Positions 9,214-18,135 of a stretch of 64,000 bases of DNA are shown one piece after another. The notes under the pieces were generated by a model. The model had not been told where the DNA came from and made no database searches. It worked only from the letters and a program-made list of their open reading frames with translations. Position numbers and translations under genes: made by a program. Positions within the stretch are counted from its first letter, which is position 1; each line of letters starts with the position of its first letter. Source of the stretch: an uncultured Acidobacteriota bacterium (GTDB lineage Bacteria > Acidobacteriota > Terriglobia > Terriglobales > Acidobacteriaceae); NCBI GenBank assembly GCA_963755795.1, contig CAVWLI010000017.1, forward strand, positions 25,262 to 89,261. The letters run 5' to 3'.

Positions 9214-9681
9214 ATGAAACGCACGTTGTTCTCGAAACCTAGGCTGTTCTGCATTTTCGCGCTGGCTTTTCCCCCGCTTCTGACCGCTCAAACCACCCCC
9301 CAGCAAGGCACCATCGTCCGCATGCGCATGGCGGATTGCCTGGGCCCGCAGCACGCATTCATGGCAGTCATGGCCGGCGGAGAAAAAGCCGAAGCCGCCG
9401 AGTCGTGTCCCGAATATGTTCTGCTGGGCGACAAAGTGGTCTACGTCATCAGCGGCAAGAGTTCCGAGCAGCTCATGCCCTTGGCCGAACTCACTCGATT
9501 CCGGCTGCAGAAGAACGAAATGCTCATTCGCATCGATGACGCTGCCAAGGAATCGCATTTCCACGTCAAAGCCATGGTGTTGCGGCCGGAATGGGAGCAC
9601 CATCAAATGCTCGAAGAAGCCGAGACCAACGCCATGATCAGCCTGCATTTAGACCCCGCTGCGATGCGAAGTCAGCGATAG
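9214..9681 (+). CDS. Hypothetical secreted protein
   Basis: Signal peptide MKRTLFSKPRLFCIFALAFPPLLTAQ. It starts 21 bp after the VWA gene stop. Confidence 0.6.
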   Translation: MKRTLFSKPRLFCIFALAFPPLLTAQTTPQQGTIVRMRMADCLGPQHAFMAVMAGGEKAEAAESCPEYVLLGDKVVYVISGKSSEQLMPLAELTRFRLQKNEMLIRIDDAAKESHFHVKAMVLRPEWEHHQMLEEAETNAMISLHLDPAAMRSQR

Positions 9682-9834
9682 CATTGAAATCTGATCCCCC
9701 GCCTCAAACGCTTCTACTTCATAGCGACGGAGGAATGACAACCTTATTTGCTATAGGGTTCGGTAGCGCCGGCCTCTGTAACGGCGCACCTGTCGTCGTG
9801 AACTGCTAGTGGCGAACTGCGCAGAAGAGGCCTG

Positions 9835-10086
9835 CTACTTGCGCGGCTTCCCTACCCGGTGCGCCGTCGCGAACATTTTCGCGACCGTGTCCAAATCTTT
9901 TGGCTGGACTTTACCCGCCGGGATGCGCATGTGCGTGAGGTCTTCCAGCTTCAGCAGCAGATCGACCAGTGCCATGGAGTCAATGAGTCCCGACGACACC
10001 AGCGGACTGTTCTCATCCAGGGTCACGCCCGGCTTGCGGATGAGCCGGACAATGTGTTCAATCATCTGCTGCGCTTCCTCGGTCAA
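9835..10086 (-). CDS. Acyl/peptidyl carrier protein (DltC-like)
   Basis: 83 aa with the phosphopantetheine attachment context SSGLIDSMALVDLLLKLE. It lies directly downstream of the AMP ligase. Confidence 0.8.
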   Translation of the reverse strand: MTEEAQQMIEHIVRLIRKPGVTLDENSPLVSSGLIDSMALVDLLLKLEDLTHMRIPAGKVQPKDLDTVAKMFATAHRVGKPRK

Positions 10087-10114
10087 GCGGACATTCCTCT
10101 CCTAAGCCTCAACT

Positions 10115-11839
10115 TTAAGCCTCAACTCCAAACTCCGGATGCTCGCGCAAAAGTTTCTCTCGAGTAGCGGAACGCGCGGCCTTCCCCGCGGTGCTCTTCA
10201 CAATCCACTTTGGCAGCTTCAGAAAAATGCTGCGAATCGCGACTCCCATACCCGCAACCACGCGGCTTCGAATCTCGCTCTCGATCTCCAGCGCGCTGGC
10301 CAAAAGTTCTTCGCGTTCCACTTCCGCCACAACCACAATGTCTTCCGTCCCGAGTTCGGGGTTGTAAACGCCCATCGCGATCACGCGGCCGTCGTGAACC
10401 GCGGGATGGCCACCGACAATTTCCTCGATGTCCTGCGGATAAATATTTTCGCCGCCGATAATCAGCAGGTCTTTCTTTCGGCCAACCACATAGAGTTCCT
10501 CCGCCAGACAAAAGCCAAGATCGCCCGTGTGGTACCAGCCGTCGACGATCGCCGCAGTCGTGAGGTCAGGGCGATTGTAGTATCCGCTGAACAAGCAATC
10601 GCTGCGAACCAGAATTTCGCCAACATGAATTTCGCCGACATGGCTTCCACCCGGGAGCGCGCCCGCATCCGACACAATCCGAACTTCATGCCCAGGCAGC
10701 AACCGTCCCGACGAGGTCAACGCAACCGCGCCCACGCTTCCTTCCGCGACTGGCACGATCTGATGAGCGCCGCGAAATTGCGGACCATCGGCCCAGAGGC
10801 GCGACGGGCCCGAGGGCCGGCCATTCCCCGATTGACCCATCTCCGATTGAGTGACGGCGAATACGTTCTCGGCCATTGCGTACGACGAGTGCAGGGCCGC
10901 AGCCTTGAATCCAGCGTCCGCGAAGGCCGTCTGGAACTCAAGCATACTGTTGCCGCGGACCGGCTCGGAACAATTGATCAACGCGCGCATCGATGACAGA
11001 TCGTACTGCGCCCGCAGGTTCTCAGGCGTGCGCCGGGGCACGAACTGAAACGCAAAATTCGGCAGCCATGCCAGCGTGCACTTGTATTCGTCGATGATCT
11101 GCAGCATGGTTTCCGGATGCATCACCCAATCCAGCGGTGATTGCATCACCACGGGAATGTGCAACATCATCGGTAGCATGAAGCAGGCGATCAGCCCCAT
11201 GTCGTGGTAGAGCGGCAGCCAGCTGTAAATGTGATCGGCGGTCCGGTCAATCTTTAAGGCCTGCGCGAGGTGGCCGAGTTGCCGCAGCACCGCCGCATGG
11301 GTGAGGGCCACTCCCTTCTGCAGTCCGGTCGTGCCTGCCGAGTGTTGAATGAACGCGATGCTCGCGGCGTCAATCTGCGGAATTTGCAGCTCTGGCTCTC
11401 CACCCTCGTCCCCAGAGTCTGCGGCGCGCAACAGCTTCGCCTCAGCACCGAGAGTTACATGGCCCAGCATGTCGTCAGGAAATTGCTGGTCAATCACAAC
11501 CGCCTTGGCCCCGAGATTCGCAGTGACTCCAACTAATCCCGAACGGTATTTATCCGGCTCGATCTTGAAGTTGGGGTAGGCAAGAAACGTCGGCGCCGCA
11601 CCCAGCATCATCGCCCCAATAAACGTGGCCATCGCGGTGATGCCCTGCGGCATGATGATCACGACGCGATCGCCCGCGGTCACACCATGTTTCGAAAGCA
11701 CAGCCCCCTGTCCACGAGCCCGGCGGCGAAACTCAGCGAACGTCACCGACTCCCGCTCATCCTCGTCAATCCACGCAGTAACAAACGGACGGCCGGCGGG
11801 AGCCGCGTAAAGCGCTTCGATGAGATTGCGGAATTGCAC
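10115..11839 (-). CDS. AMP-dependent synthetase/ligase (acyl-AMP ligase, carrier-protein loading type)
   Basis: 574 aa. Adenylation core motif HSAGTTGLQKGVALTH, YHDMGL, GWYHTGDLG and GRKKDLLIIGGENIYP. Confidence 0.9.
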   Translation of the reverse strand: MQFRNLIEALYAAPAGRPFVTAWIDEDERESVTFAEFRRRARGQGAVLSKHGVTAGDRVVIIMPQGITAMATFIGAMMLGAAPTFLAYPNFKIEPDKYRSGLVGVTANLGAKAVVIDQQFPDDMLGHVTLGAEAKLLRAADSGDEGGEPELQIPQIDAASIAFIQHSAGTTGLQKGVALTHAAVLRQLGHLAQALKIDRTADHIYSWLPLYHDMGLIACFMLPMMLHIPVVMQSPLDWVMHPETMLQIIDEYKCTLAWLPNFAFQFVPRRTPENLRAQYDLSSMRALINCSEPVRGNSMLEFQTAFADAGFKAAALHSSYAMAENVFAVTQSEMGQSGNGRPSGPSRLWADGPQFRGAHQIVPVAEGSVGAVALTSSGRLLPGHEVRIVSDAGALPGGSHVGEIHVGEILVRSDCLFSGYYNRPDLTTAAIVDGWYHTGDLGFCLAEELYVVGRKKDLLIIGGENIYPQDIEEIVGGHPAVHDGRVIAMGVYNPELGTEDIVVVAEVEREELLASALEIESEIRSRVVAGMGVAIRSIFLKLPKWIVKSTAGKAARSATREKLLREHPEFGVEA

Positions 11840-11980
11840 TCAACATTATTGCATTCAATCGATTGCATTCGATTGCGTCGAGTGTTGTTGTAACTGGCGA
11901 ATCGGACCTTTATTCTTGTTCGCTGTCTCCGGGCGGGACCGCCGATTCCCCACCGGTCGACCGCAAGTTAAGGAGGAACG

Positions 11981-13432
11981 TTGTTCCAAGGCCTGGCCTA
12001 CTGTCTGCTGTTTCTGCTTTGTGTAGTGGCGCTTACCAGAACCCGCTCACAAAGCGTGCGGCAGAGCGTTCTTCTGATCGCTAGCTACGCCCTTTACCTC
12101 ACCTGGGGACCGTGGTTCGCGGCCGTGCTTCTCACCTCCACTGTCGTGAACTTCCTGGTCGGCCAGTGGCTGCGGCGCAAGCCTTCCGGCGCTGTTTTGT
12201 TTCTCGGAATTTTCTTGAGCCTGATCTTCCTGGGTACTTTCAAATACCTTCCTGAAGTTGCGCTCCGCATTCCTCTCTCGTCGCTCCAGAGGTTCTCCCA
12301 CCTGGCGCTGCCTCTGGGGCTCTCGTTCTGGACCTTTCAGGCCATGAGTTACCTGTTCGATCTTTATCGCGAAGAGGAAGTCGAACCATCGTTCGTAGAG
12401 TTTGCTCTGTACATGGTTTTCTTTCCGGTGACGATCTCCGGCCCAATCTGCCGCATGCCCGACATGCTGCCTCAATTTCGCTCCGAGCAACCCACCTCTT
12501 GGGACGACATCGCGCACGGACTCCGGCGCATCGCTACCGGCGTGCTCATGGTACAACTGGCCAAATTGCTGGGGCAAGGAATCCTCGGCGGCGACGGCAT
12601 CACTTCCGGCTTCGACCGCGTCGCGCACTGGACCGGCCCCGACGTCTGGTGTCTGGCTCTGGGATACGGATTGCAGCTCTTTCTCGATTTCGCCGGCTAC
12701 TCCCACATTGCCATCGGCGCTGCCAAAGCGATGGGGATTACCGTTCCCGAAAATTTCGCTCGTCCGTTTCAATCGACCAGCGCCTCGGTCTTCTGGACGC
12801 GTTGGCACATGTCGCTATCCTTCTGGATTCGCGACTACGTTTTCCTTCCGCTGGCAACCTTGCGCCGCGAAGTTTGGTGGCGCAATCTCGCGCTGGTGCT
12901 CGCCATGGTCTTATTCGGCTTGTGGCACCAAGCCAGCCTGCTCTTCTTATTATGGGGTTGCTATCACGGAGTGCTCCTGGTTCTTCATCGTCAGGTGCAA
13001 CAGGCGAAGCAAAGGTTCGATTGGGACGCTCCCGCCATTCTCTGGACGCCCATCTCCTGGCTCGTGACCATGGCTCTCATCAGCATGGGATGGATCATGT
13101 TCCGCGCAAATTCCACGACCACCGCCCGTCAGATGTTCTCGGCGGTCGCGTCGCCGTTCGGCTATGGCTCGCACTTTCTCAGTGGCAGCCTCTATGGGCT
13201 GGTGGCGGCTGTGGCCGTGGGTTATGCCATCGTGCTGTTCGTGATCGACGCCCTCGATCGCCATTCGACCGCCACGCAAACCTCGGAAGAAGGCGCGGGA
13301 TTGGTTGCTCTGGCAGCGCGTTGGCGCTGGTTTTGGATTCCTCCGCTCTACGCGCTGGCATTCATTGTTCTGCTCATTGTGACCCTCACGCACGGGGCCA
13401 GCACGGCGCAGTTCATGTACAACAAGTTCTAA
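11981..13432 (+). CDS. MBOAT family membrane-bound O-acyltransferase (DltB/AlgI-like)
   Basis: 483 aa and polytopic. It has the WRRWHMSL-type motif (FWTRWHMSLSFWIRDYVF) and a conserved His in LFGLWHQASLLF. Confidence 0.9.
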   Translation: MFQGLAYCLLFLLCVVALTRTRSQSVRQSVLLIASYALYLTWGPWFAAVLLTSTVVNFLVGQWLRRKPSGAVLFLGIFLSLIFLGTFKYLPEVALRIPLSSLQRFSHLALPLGLSFWTFQAMSYLFDLYREEEVEPSFVEFALYMVFFPVTISGPICRMPDMLPQFRSEQPTSWDDIAHGLRRIATGVLMVQLAKLLGQGILGGDGITSGFDRVAHWTGPDVWCLALGYGLQLFLDFAGYSHIAIGAAKAMGITVPENFARPFQSTSASVFWTRWHMSLSFWIRDYVFLPLATLRREVWWRNLALVLAMVLFGLWHQASLLFLLWGCYHGVLLVLHRQVQQAKQRFDWDAPAILWTPISWLVTMALISMGWIMFRANSTTTARQMFSAVASPFGYGSHFLSGSLYGLVAAVAVGYAIVLFVIDALDRHSTATQTSEEGAGLVALAARWRWFWIPPLYALAFIVLLIVTLTHGASTAQFMYNKF

Positions 13433-13580
13433 ACAACAATCCCAGCAGTAACCGATGACGGTGACCGCCGTCAATTGCGTCTTTGCGTTTACATCGTCTA
13501 CATTATCAAACATCGGTTCGCGCGCAGCCTTTCCCTGAGCGCTTTTCTTGGCAGCAAATAATCGCCATTATTGAGGAGTC

Positions 13581-13994
13581 TTGTTGAAGCCATCCCGCGT
13601 CCTGTTGGTTGATGACACCCCTGAAATTCTCGCGCTCTGCCTCGAAGTGCTCCGGCCCAACTTTGAGATCGTCGGCGCGGTCACCGACGGCCACTCAGCT
13701 CTCGCCATTCTCGCCACTGCGACTCCCGATGTTGTTGTCTTGGACATTGCCATGCCAGGGCTCAACGGCCTTGAAGTAGCCCAGCGGTTGCGCATTGCCG
13801 ACTGCCACGCAGGAATCGTTTTCTTCAGCGTAGACATGGATTACATGACGGCCGACGTGGAATTCATGACGGCCGCACTGAAGGTCGGCGGCAGCGGGTT
13901 TGTCGCAAAAAGGCGGCTCGCTTCAGATCTGCCGCACGCGATTCGAGAAGCCGTCGCCGGGCGGGTCTTCGTATCGGATTCGCAACTTCTTTAG
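13581..13994 (+). CDS. Stand-alone response regulator receiver (CheY-like)
   Basis: TTG start. Motifs LLVDD, the phospho-acceptor context VVLDIAMPGLNG, and a C-terminal KVGGSGFVAK. Confidence 0.8.
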   Translation: MLKPSRVLLVDDTPEILALCLEVLRPNFEIVGAVTDGHSALAILATATPDVVVLDIAMPGLNGLEVAQRLRIADCHAGIVFFSVDMDYMTADVEFMTAALKVGGSGFVAKRRLASDLPHAIREAVAGRVFVSDSQLL

Positions 13995-14006
13995 GAAAGA
14001 AAGCCG

Positions 14007-15737
14007 CTATTGCACCAGCGTGCCGTCCGGCGCAAACACCGGGAACCCATCCCACGGCCGCGACATGCTGAATTGCTGCAGCGCAGCCGTGCGGTTCAAC
14101 TCGAAGAGGAACAGCCCGTAGTTGTAATGCAGAATCCGATCTCCTGGATTTTTGCGTAGCGCCCACTCATACTGCGCCGCGGTTTCATCTGGACTTTCGC
14201 CGGCATCCTGCGCCTCGAGCGTTAACCGCAACACCTGGTCAGAATGGTTCAGTTGATTGGTGAAGGGCGGTTTCTGCAGGCGCTGCAACATTTCTCTGGT
14301 GATGCGTGCACGGTCATGCCCGGTGAACGCCAGCAGTTGCTCGCACTCACTCTCGGTAGGAGCGTCCTCGGAAGGAACGTCGGCCTCGATCAGCGAAATA
14401 TTCGACTCCGGCGCCAGCTTGCTCGCGATCTGCAGAAACATCGCACGCGCTAGCAGGTAGTTGCCCTGCGGCGTCAGGTGAACATGTTCGTAGACGAGCT
14501 CACTGCCGATGATTCCGTTCGGGCTGGCTTTGGCAAAAACATCTTCCGCGTCGACCAGTTCCGCTCCCGAGGACGCCGCCACCGAGCGATTGATGTCGTT
14601 GATTTTGCTGTCGGCGCGAAAGCGCAGCGTGTCGAGATCGCGGGCCCGGAGATAGTGCTCCCTGGCGCCCGCATAATCTCCCAGCATCCACAGGCCGCGC
14701 GCCATTCGGAACTCGAGTTCGGCGTACTGGTCGTCAATCTTCGTCGCGGCCTGGTAAGCCCTCATCGCTTCGTCGTAAGAACGCGCATTTTCCAGGTCCG
14801 CGCCCCGTTGCACCAGCGCCGTCCAGGAACGCAACTCATCCTTCCCTAAGTTCTCGCGATGCAGCGAAGAGAACGGCCCGCAGTCTTTCAGATTCGTGGC
14901 CACCGTACTCACAATCACCCGCGCTCCCGTGCCGCGCGCGACCGCGACGGTGTCCCGCAGGTTGGCCTCAAAATTCTGGTACGCATACTTCATAAGCGGC
15001 GAACTCTCGCGCACCTGCTTGTCGAGAAACATCTCCATCCCGCCCCACTCACGCTTCTGTGTTCCGACCTTGGTCAGCAGTTGGCCAATGCGGGTGGAGC
15101 GCACGAAGGTGCTGCTGCGGATGACCGGCAGGCTCATGCCCGACGACGTAAGCGCAGTCCCCGGGCCGTAGGGTCCGACGACTTCGTTATTGCCTGAATA
15201 GATGATGAACAGGTCTGGCCGCTGTTCCGCCAGTCCTTTCGCGATGGGCAGCAGCACGTGGGAGTTGATGGCCACGCTGCCGGTATTTACAACTTCGAAC
15301 TTTATCGCGGGGAAGCGCTCGCGCAACATCACTTCGAGATAGCGGCTGAAACCGTATGCCGGATCGGGGTCGCCCATAGCCGCCGACTCTCCGAGCACAA
15401 AAATTCGAAAGGTTCCCTGCGGTTTCTCCGCGGGAATCGCATAGGCCTGTGGCGTCTTAATCATGCCCGGCGGAAAAAATGGCGCCGGAAAAAACAGGTT
15501 GTAGCAGGCAGCGGCACGGCCCTGCTGCGTGCAGCGTACGGTGAGGTCAGTGGTATATCCCACGCCGAACAGGCGCAACCCTCCCTCAATCAGGCCCAGC
15601 AGCACGATCGGCACCAGGATGGCGCTGGCGATCTGCGGCCAGTAACTTTTCGCCCGCCCAGGGCGGTTGATCTTCGCGGTCGCTGAGTCTGCAGGTGAAG
15701 GCATCGTTGAATGTTTGTCTGAGAATGTTCTCTCCAC
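14007..15737 (-). CDS. Membrane-anchored SGNH/GDSL-like hydrolase-fold protein with TPR repeats (DltD/AlgX-like role possible)
   Basis: N-terminal TM segment (YWPQIASAILVPIVLLGLIEGG). SGNH-like blocks are FRIFVLGESAAMG, NTGSVAINS and IIYSGNNE. TPR-like segments occur around YDEAMRAYQAATKID and GDYAGAREHYLRARDLD. Confidence 0.7.
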   Translation of the reverse strand: MERTFSDKHSTMPSPADSATAKINRPGRAKSYWPQIASAILVPIVLLGLIEGGLRLFGVGYTTDLTVRCTQQGRAAACYNLFFPAPFFPPGMIKTPQAYAIPAEKPQGTFRIFVLGESAAMGDPDPAYGFSRYLEVMLRERFPAIKFEVVNTGSVAINSHVLLPIAKGLAEQRPDLFIIYSGNNEVVGPYGPGTALTSSGMSLPVIRSSTFVRSTRIGQLLTKVGTQKREWGGMEMFLDKQVRESSPLMKYAYQNFEANLRDTVAVARGTGARVIVSTVATNLKDCGPFSSLHRENLGKDELRSWTALVQRGADLENARSYDEAMRAYQAATKIDDQYAELEFRMARGLWMLGDYAGAREHYLRARDLDTLRFRADSKINDINRSVAASSGAELVDAEDVFAKASPNGIIGSELVYEHVHLTPQGNYLLARAMFLQIASKLAPESNISLIEADVPSEDAPTESECEQLLAFTGHDRARITREMLQRLQKPPFTNQLNHSDQVLRLTLEAQDAGESPDETAAQYEWALRKNPGDRILHYNYGLFLFELNRTAALQQFSMSRPWDGFPVFAPDGTLVQ

Positions 15738-16173
15738 GCTAACTTGACGCGTGTTTCCAATCGCGAGCTTTCACGATACAGGGCTGGACCGAATCCGATT
15801 CCGTAGGCCTAACCACGGCGTCGAATCCAACATCGCCCAGCCCTGCCGGTCCCCCGCATTCCGATATCCCGCTGGGAAGCGGAACTCGTCATGCGGCGGA
15901 AAAACGAAGTGCAGGCGCAGATACACGTCACAGCCTGTGGTGCATGCACAAGTCTTGCCAAAAACAACATGCGCATGCAACGACTGAGTTCTCTTTGCTT
16001 TCAGTCGCTTATCTCGCGTCAGTGAAAGCCCCTGCCAGCGCAGAAGAGCCGCATCGGTGAATTCCCCCGCCCTGAAGGAGTGTTTTGACCCTGTCCCCAC
16101 ACGCTGGCTCAATCGTTCGTCATTGAATCAGCCCATGAGCTCCAGCAGGGCAGGCTGCCTCCGGCTTTCAGCC

Positions 16174-18135
16174 TTACTTGATCCGCCCCTTGACTGGGTG
16201 CTGGCCAGACTCAGTGACCGATCCATTCGCATTATGCGCCGTGTTGTGGCACATCAACGTACAAGTGTTGGTGGCGTGGTTGTAGGCGATCGGACTGGCG
16301 CCGTTCTGCCCCACCACATTGCCGTCAAAGTTCACCAGCCGCTCGCCGGTGAAGGTCGGGGAATTGGCGCCCATACCGTGAGCGGTGTGGCATACGCTGC
16401 AGCTGAATCCGTATTGCGAAACGTGCAGGCTGTGCTGGACGAAGCTAGTGTTGGCGAGGATCTGGGTCAGGCTGTGACATTTTCCGCACAGTGCAAACGG
16501 TCCATCCACACTGGTATCAGGATTTGGATAAAGATTCGTAACTAGCTGTCCCGGCGCGGGAGCCTGGCTGAATTCGTAGCGCCGCTCCAGCAGGTGACTC
16601 CACTTCGACCCATGCGGACCGTTGGGGCCCGTGCCGCCGAATTCGCGATTGTCGTCGCTGTTATGGCAATCGGTGCAGAAGATCTGGCTGCCCACCAACC
16701 GCGGGGAAGCCAGGCCAGCCTCAGTCAACATATTCACCAGCAGGCTGGGCTGCGGCAGCGGAGACGTGCTCACGTGGGTTACCGGATGGCTCGAGGTCGC
16801 CGTCGACGCGAATTCCTGCATCACGTTCAGCGGGTCCGGCGCTGCAACTACGCGAATGGCTGGATAGCCGAAGATCGGCAGCCGCTGCTTGCCCATGCTG
16901 CTGCCGTGACAACGCAGACAGGTTTCATATTGATTCACCGCCGGAATCACCGGGGTTATGCCGTCAAGCGCGCTGATTCCGGTCGCGCCCTGCTGCGGAG
17001 GCCGAATCGCTGGCGGTGCCGAAAACGTCACTTCCGCATTGGACGCGTGCGCACTGTGGCAGTCCACGCAGGTGGCGTGGCGATTGTGGTTCAGCAGCGG
17101 AGCCTCGGCGGCGTCGTGGAAATTTACTCCCACCGGCAGCGGGTGGCTGATTTTCGTCTCTTCACTCATGATGTTAGGAGCCGCCGGCGATACATACGTT
17201 CCGCCCGCGTGACAGGTCATGCAGTTCTGCGTAACCGGATCATAGGAAGGAGCCGCCGGCGTGGCTGGACGCAACAACCGGGCGGGCGCAACTGAATTAT
17301 GCGACATGTGACACGAGGTGCAGGCATTCACTCCCACGGTCGGATAAGAGCCGACGTGGCCATCGGGTGAAACCTGATTGGTGGCCGTCTGATGTACGCT
17401 ATTGATGAAGCCGGCGAGTGGATTGATTTGTCCCTGCATCACTCGGTTGGGATCGTGACAGGCGAGGCACATCTGCCCGTTCGAACTGTCTCGTATCAGA
17501 AAATTCTGAGCGATTTTGTCGATCGCCTGAATGTGCGCCGAGTGACAGCTGGTACATTCGATATTTCCGTTGACCAGCTTCACCGCGCCCGTGGGATCGG
17601 CAGTCTTGCCCTGCGACGCCAGCGACGCCACCAGGTTCGCTGCGTCTTTAATCGGCAGCACCAGACTGAACGGATGCGAGCCGGTCAGCGTGGTGCCGAA
17701 CGAATCCGCCGCATTCATCGATCCGACCACCGGCAACGGCCCGTATGCCGCCGATTGTCCGACAGCCACCGTGCCGTCATGACAACTCAAACACAGGTTG
17801 CTCGTTCCTCCCAGCGTGGGTTGCGTGGCCTGAGTGTTTTCGGTCGAACTGGTATACGGCACATACGAACTCTGCGACAACTTCTGGTTCCATAGCGGAG
17901 TAATGCCCCCGATTCCGCTGTGCGGAGCGTGGCAGAACGTGCAACCCAGGCCGCCCTGCGAATACACCGCCGCGCCACTCGATACCGACAGGTTGTGCAT
18001 CCCCAGCACATCCGTGGTAGGCGGAGGCGTCGTTTGGGCAAAGCTCTGGGTGATCAAACTCTGCGTTATCAAAATCTGGGTCACCAGAAATTGGGCTACC
18101 AGGAAAGCGCAGGCAACTGACGGGCGAGTCTTCAC
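16174..18135 (-). CDS. Secreted multihaem c-type cytochrome (11 CxxCH + 1 CxxxCH)
   Basis: ORF 16174..18342. The start is placed at GTG 18135, which overlaps the TGA of the upstream NHL gene (GTGA). Signal peptide VKTRPSVACAFLVAQFLVTQILITQSLITQSFA-QT. Haem motifs are CTFCH, CLSCH, CTSCH, CLACH, CTSCH, CMTCH, CVDCH, CLRCH, CTDCH, CGKCH, CSVCH and CTLMCH. Confidence 0.9.
   Translation of the reverse strand: MKTRPSVACAFLVAQFLVTQILITQSLITQSFAQTTPPPTTDVLGMHNLSVSSGAAVYSQGGLGCTFCHAPHSGIGGITPLWNQKLSQSSYVPYTSSTENTQATQPTLGGTSNLCLSCHDGTVAVGQSAAYGPLPVVGSMNAADSFGTTLTGSHPFSLVLPIKDAANLVASLASQGKTADPTGAVKLVNGNIECTSCHSAHIQAIDKIAQNFLIRDSSNGQMCLACHDPNRVMQGQINPLAGFINSVHQTATNQVSPDGHVGSYPTVGVNACTSCHMSHNSVAPARLLRPATPAAPSYDPVTQNCMTCHAGGTYVSPAAPNIMSEETKISHPLPVGVNFHDAAEAPLLNHNRHATCVDCHSAHASNAEVTFSAPPAIRPPQQGATGISALDGITPVIPAVNQYETCLRCHGSSMGKQRLPIFGYPAIRVVAAPDPLNVMQEFASTATSSHPVTHVSTSPLPQPSLLVNMLTEAGLASPRLVGSQIFCTDCHNSDDNREFGGTGPNGPHGSKWSHLLERRYEFSQAPAPGQLVTNLYPNPDTSVDGPFALCGKCHSLTQILANTSFVQHSLHVSQYGFSCSVCHTAHGMGANSPTFTGERLVNFDGNVVGQNGASPIAYNHATNTCTLMCHNTAHNANGSVTESGQHPVKGRIK
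18046..18105 (-). repeat. Four tandem 15-bp units encoding FLVAQ-FLVTQ-ILITQ-SLITQ within the cytochrome signal peptide
   Basis: Plus-strand units are ctgggtgatcaaact / ctgcgttatcaaaat / ctgggtcaccagaaa / ttgggctaccaggaa. Coordinates were checked by codon arithmetic. Confidence 0.9.

Noticed and set aside
12499-13458. 319-aa ORF in an alternative plus-strand frame of the MBOAT gene, and 58473-59720 in an alternative frame of the permease
   Set aside because: These are same-strand out-of-frame ORFs with Arg/Gly/Pro-rich translation. The annotated frames give coherent TM proteins with family motifs.
15751-16112. ORFs 15751-15987 (+) and 15771-16112 (-) in the 436-bp gap between the SGNH gene start and the cytochrome stop
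   Set aside because: They overlap each other, are Cys/Arg-rich with odd composition, and have no SD or family signal. The gap is more likely regulatory or terminator DNA. It contains TGCATGCA-type palindromes that I could not interpret.
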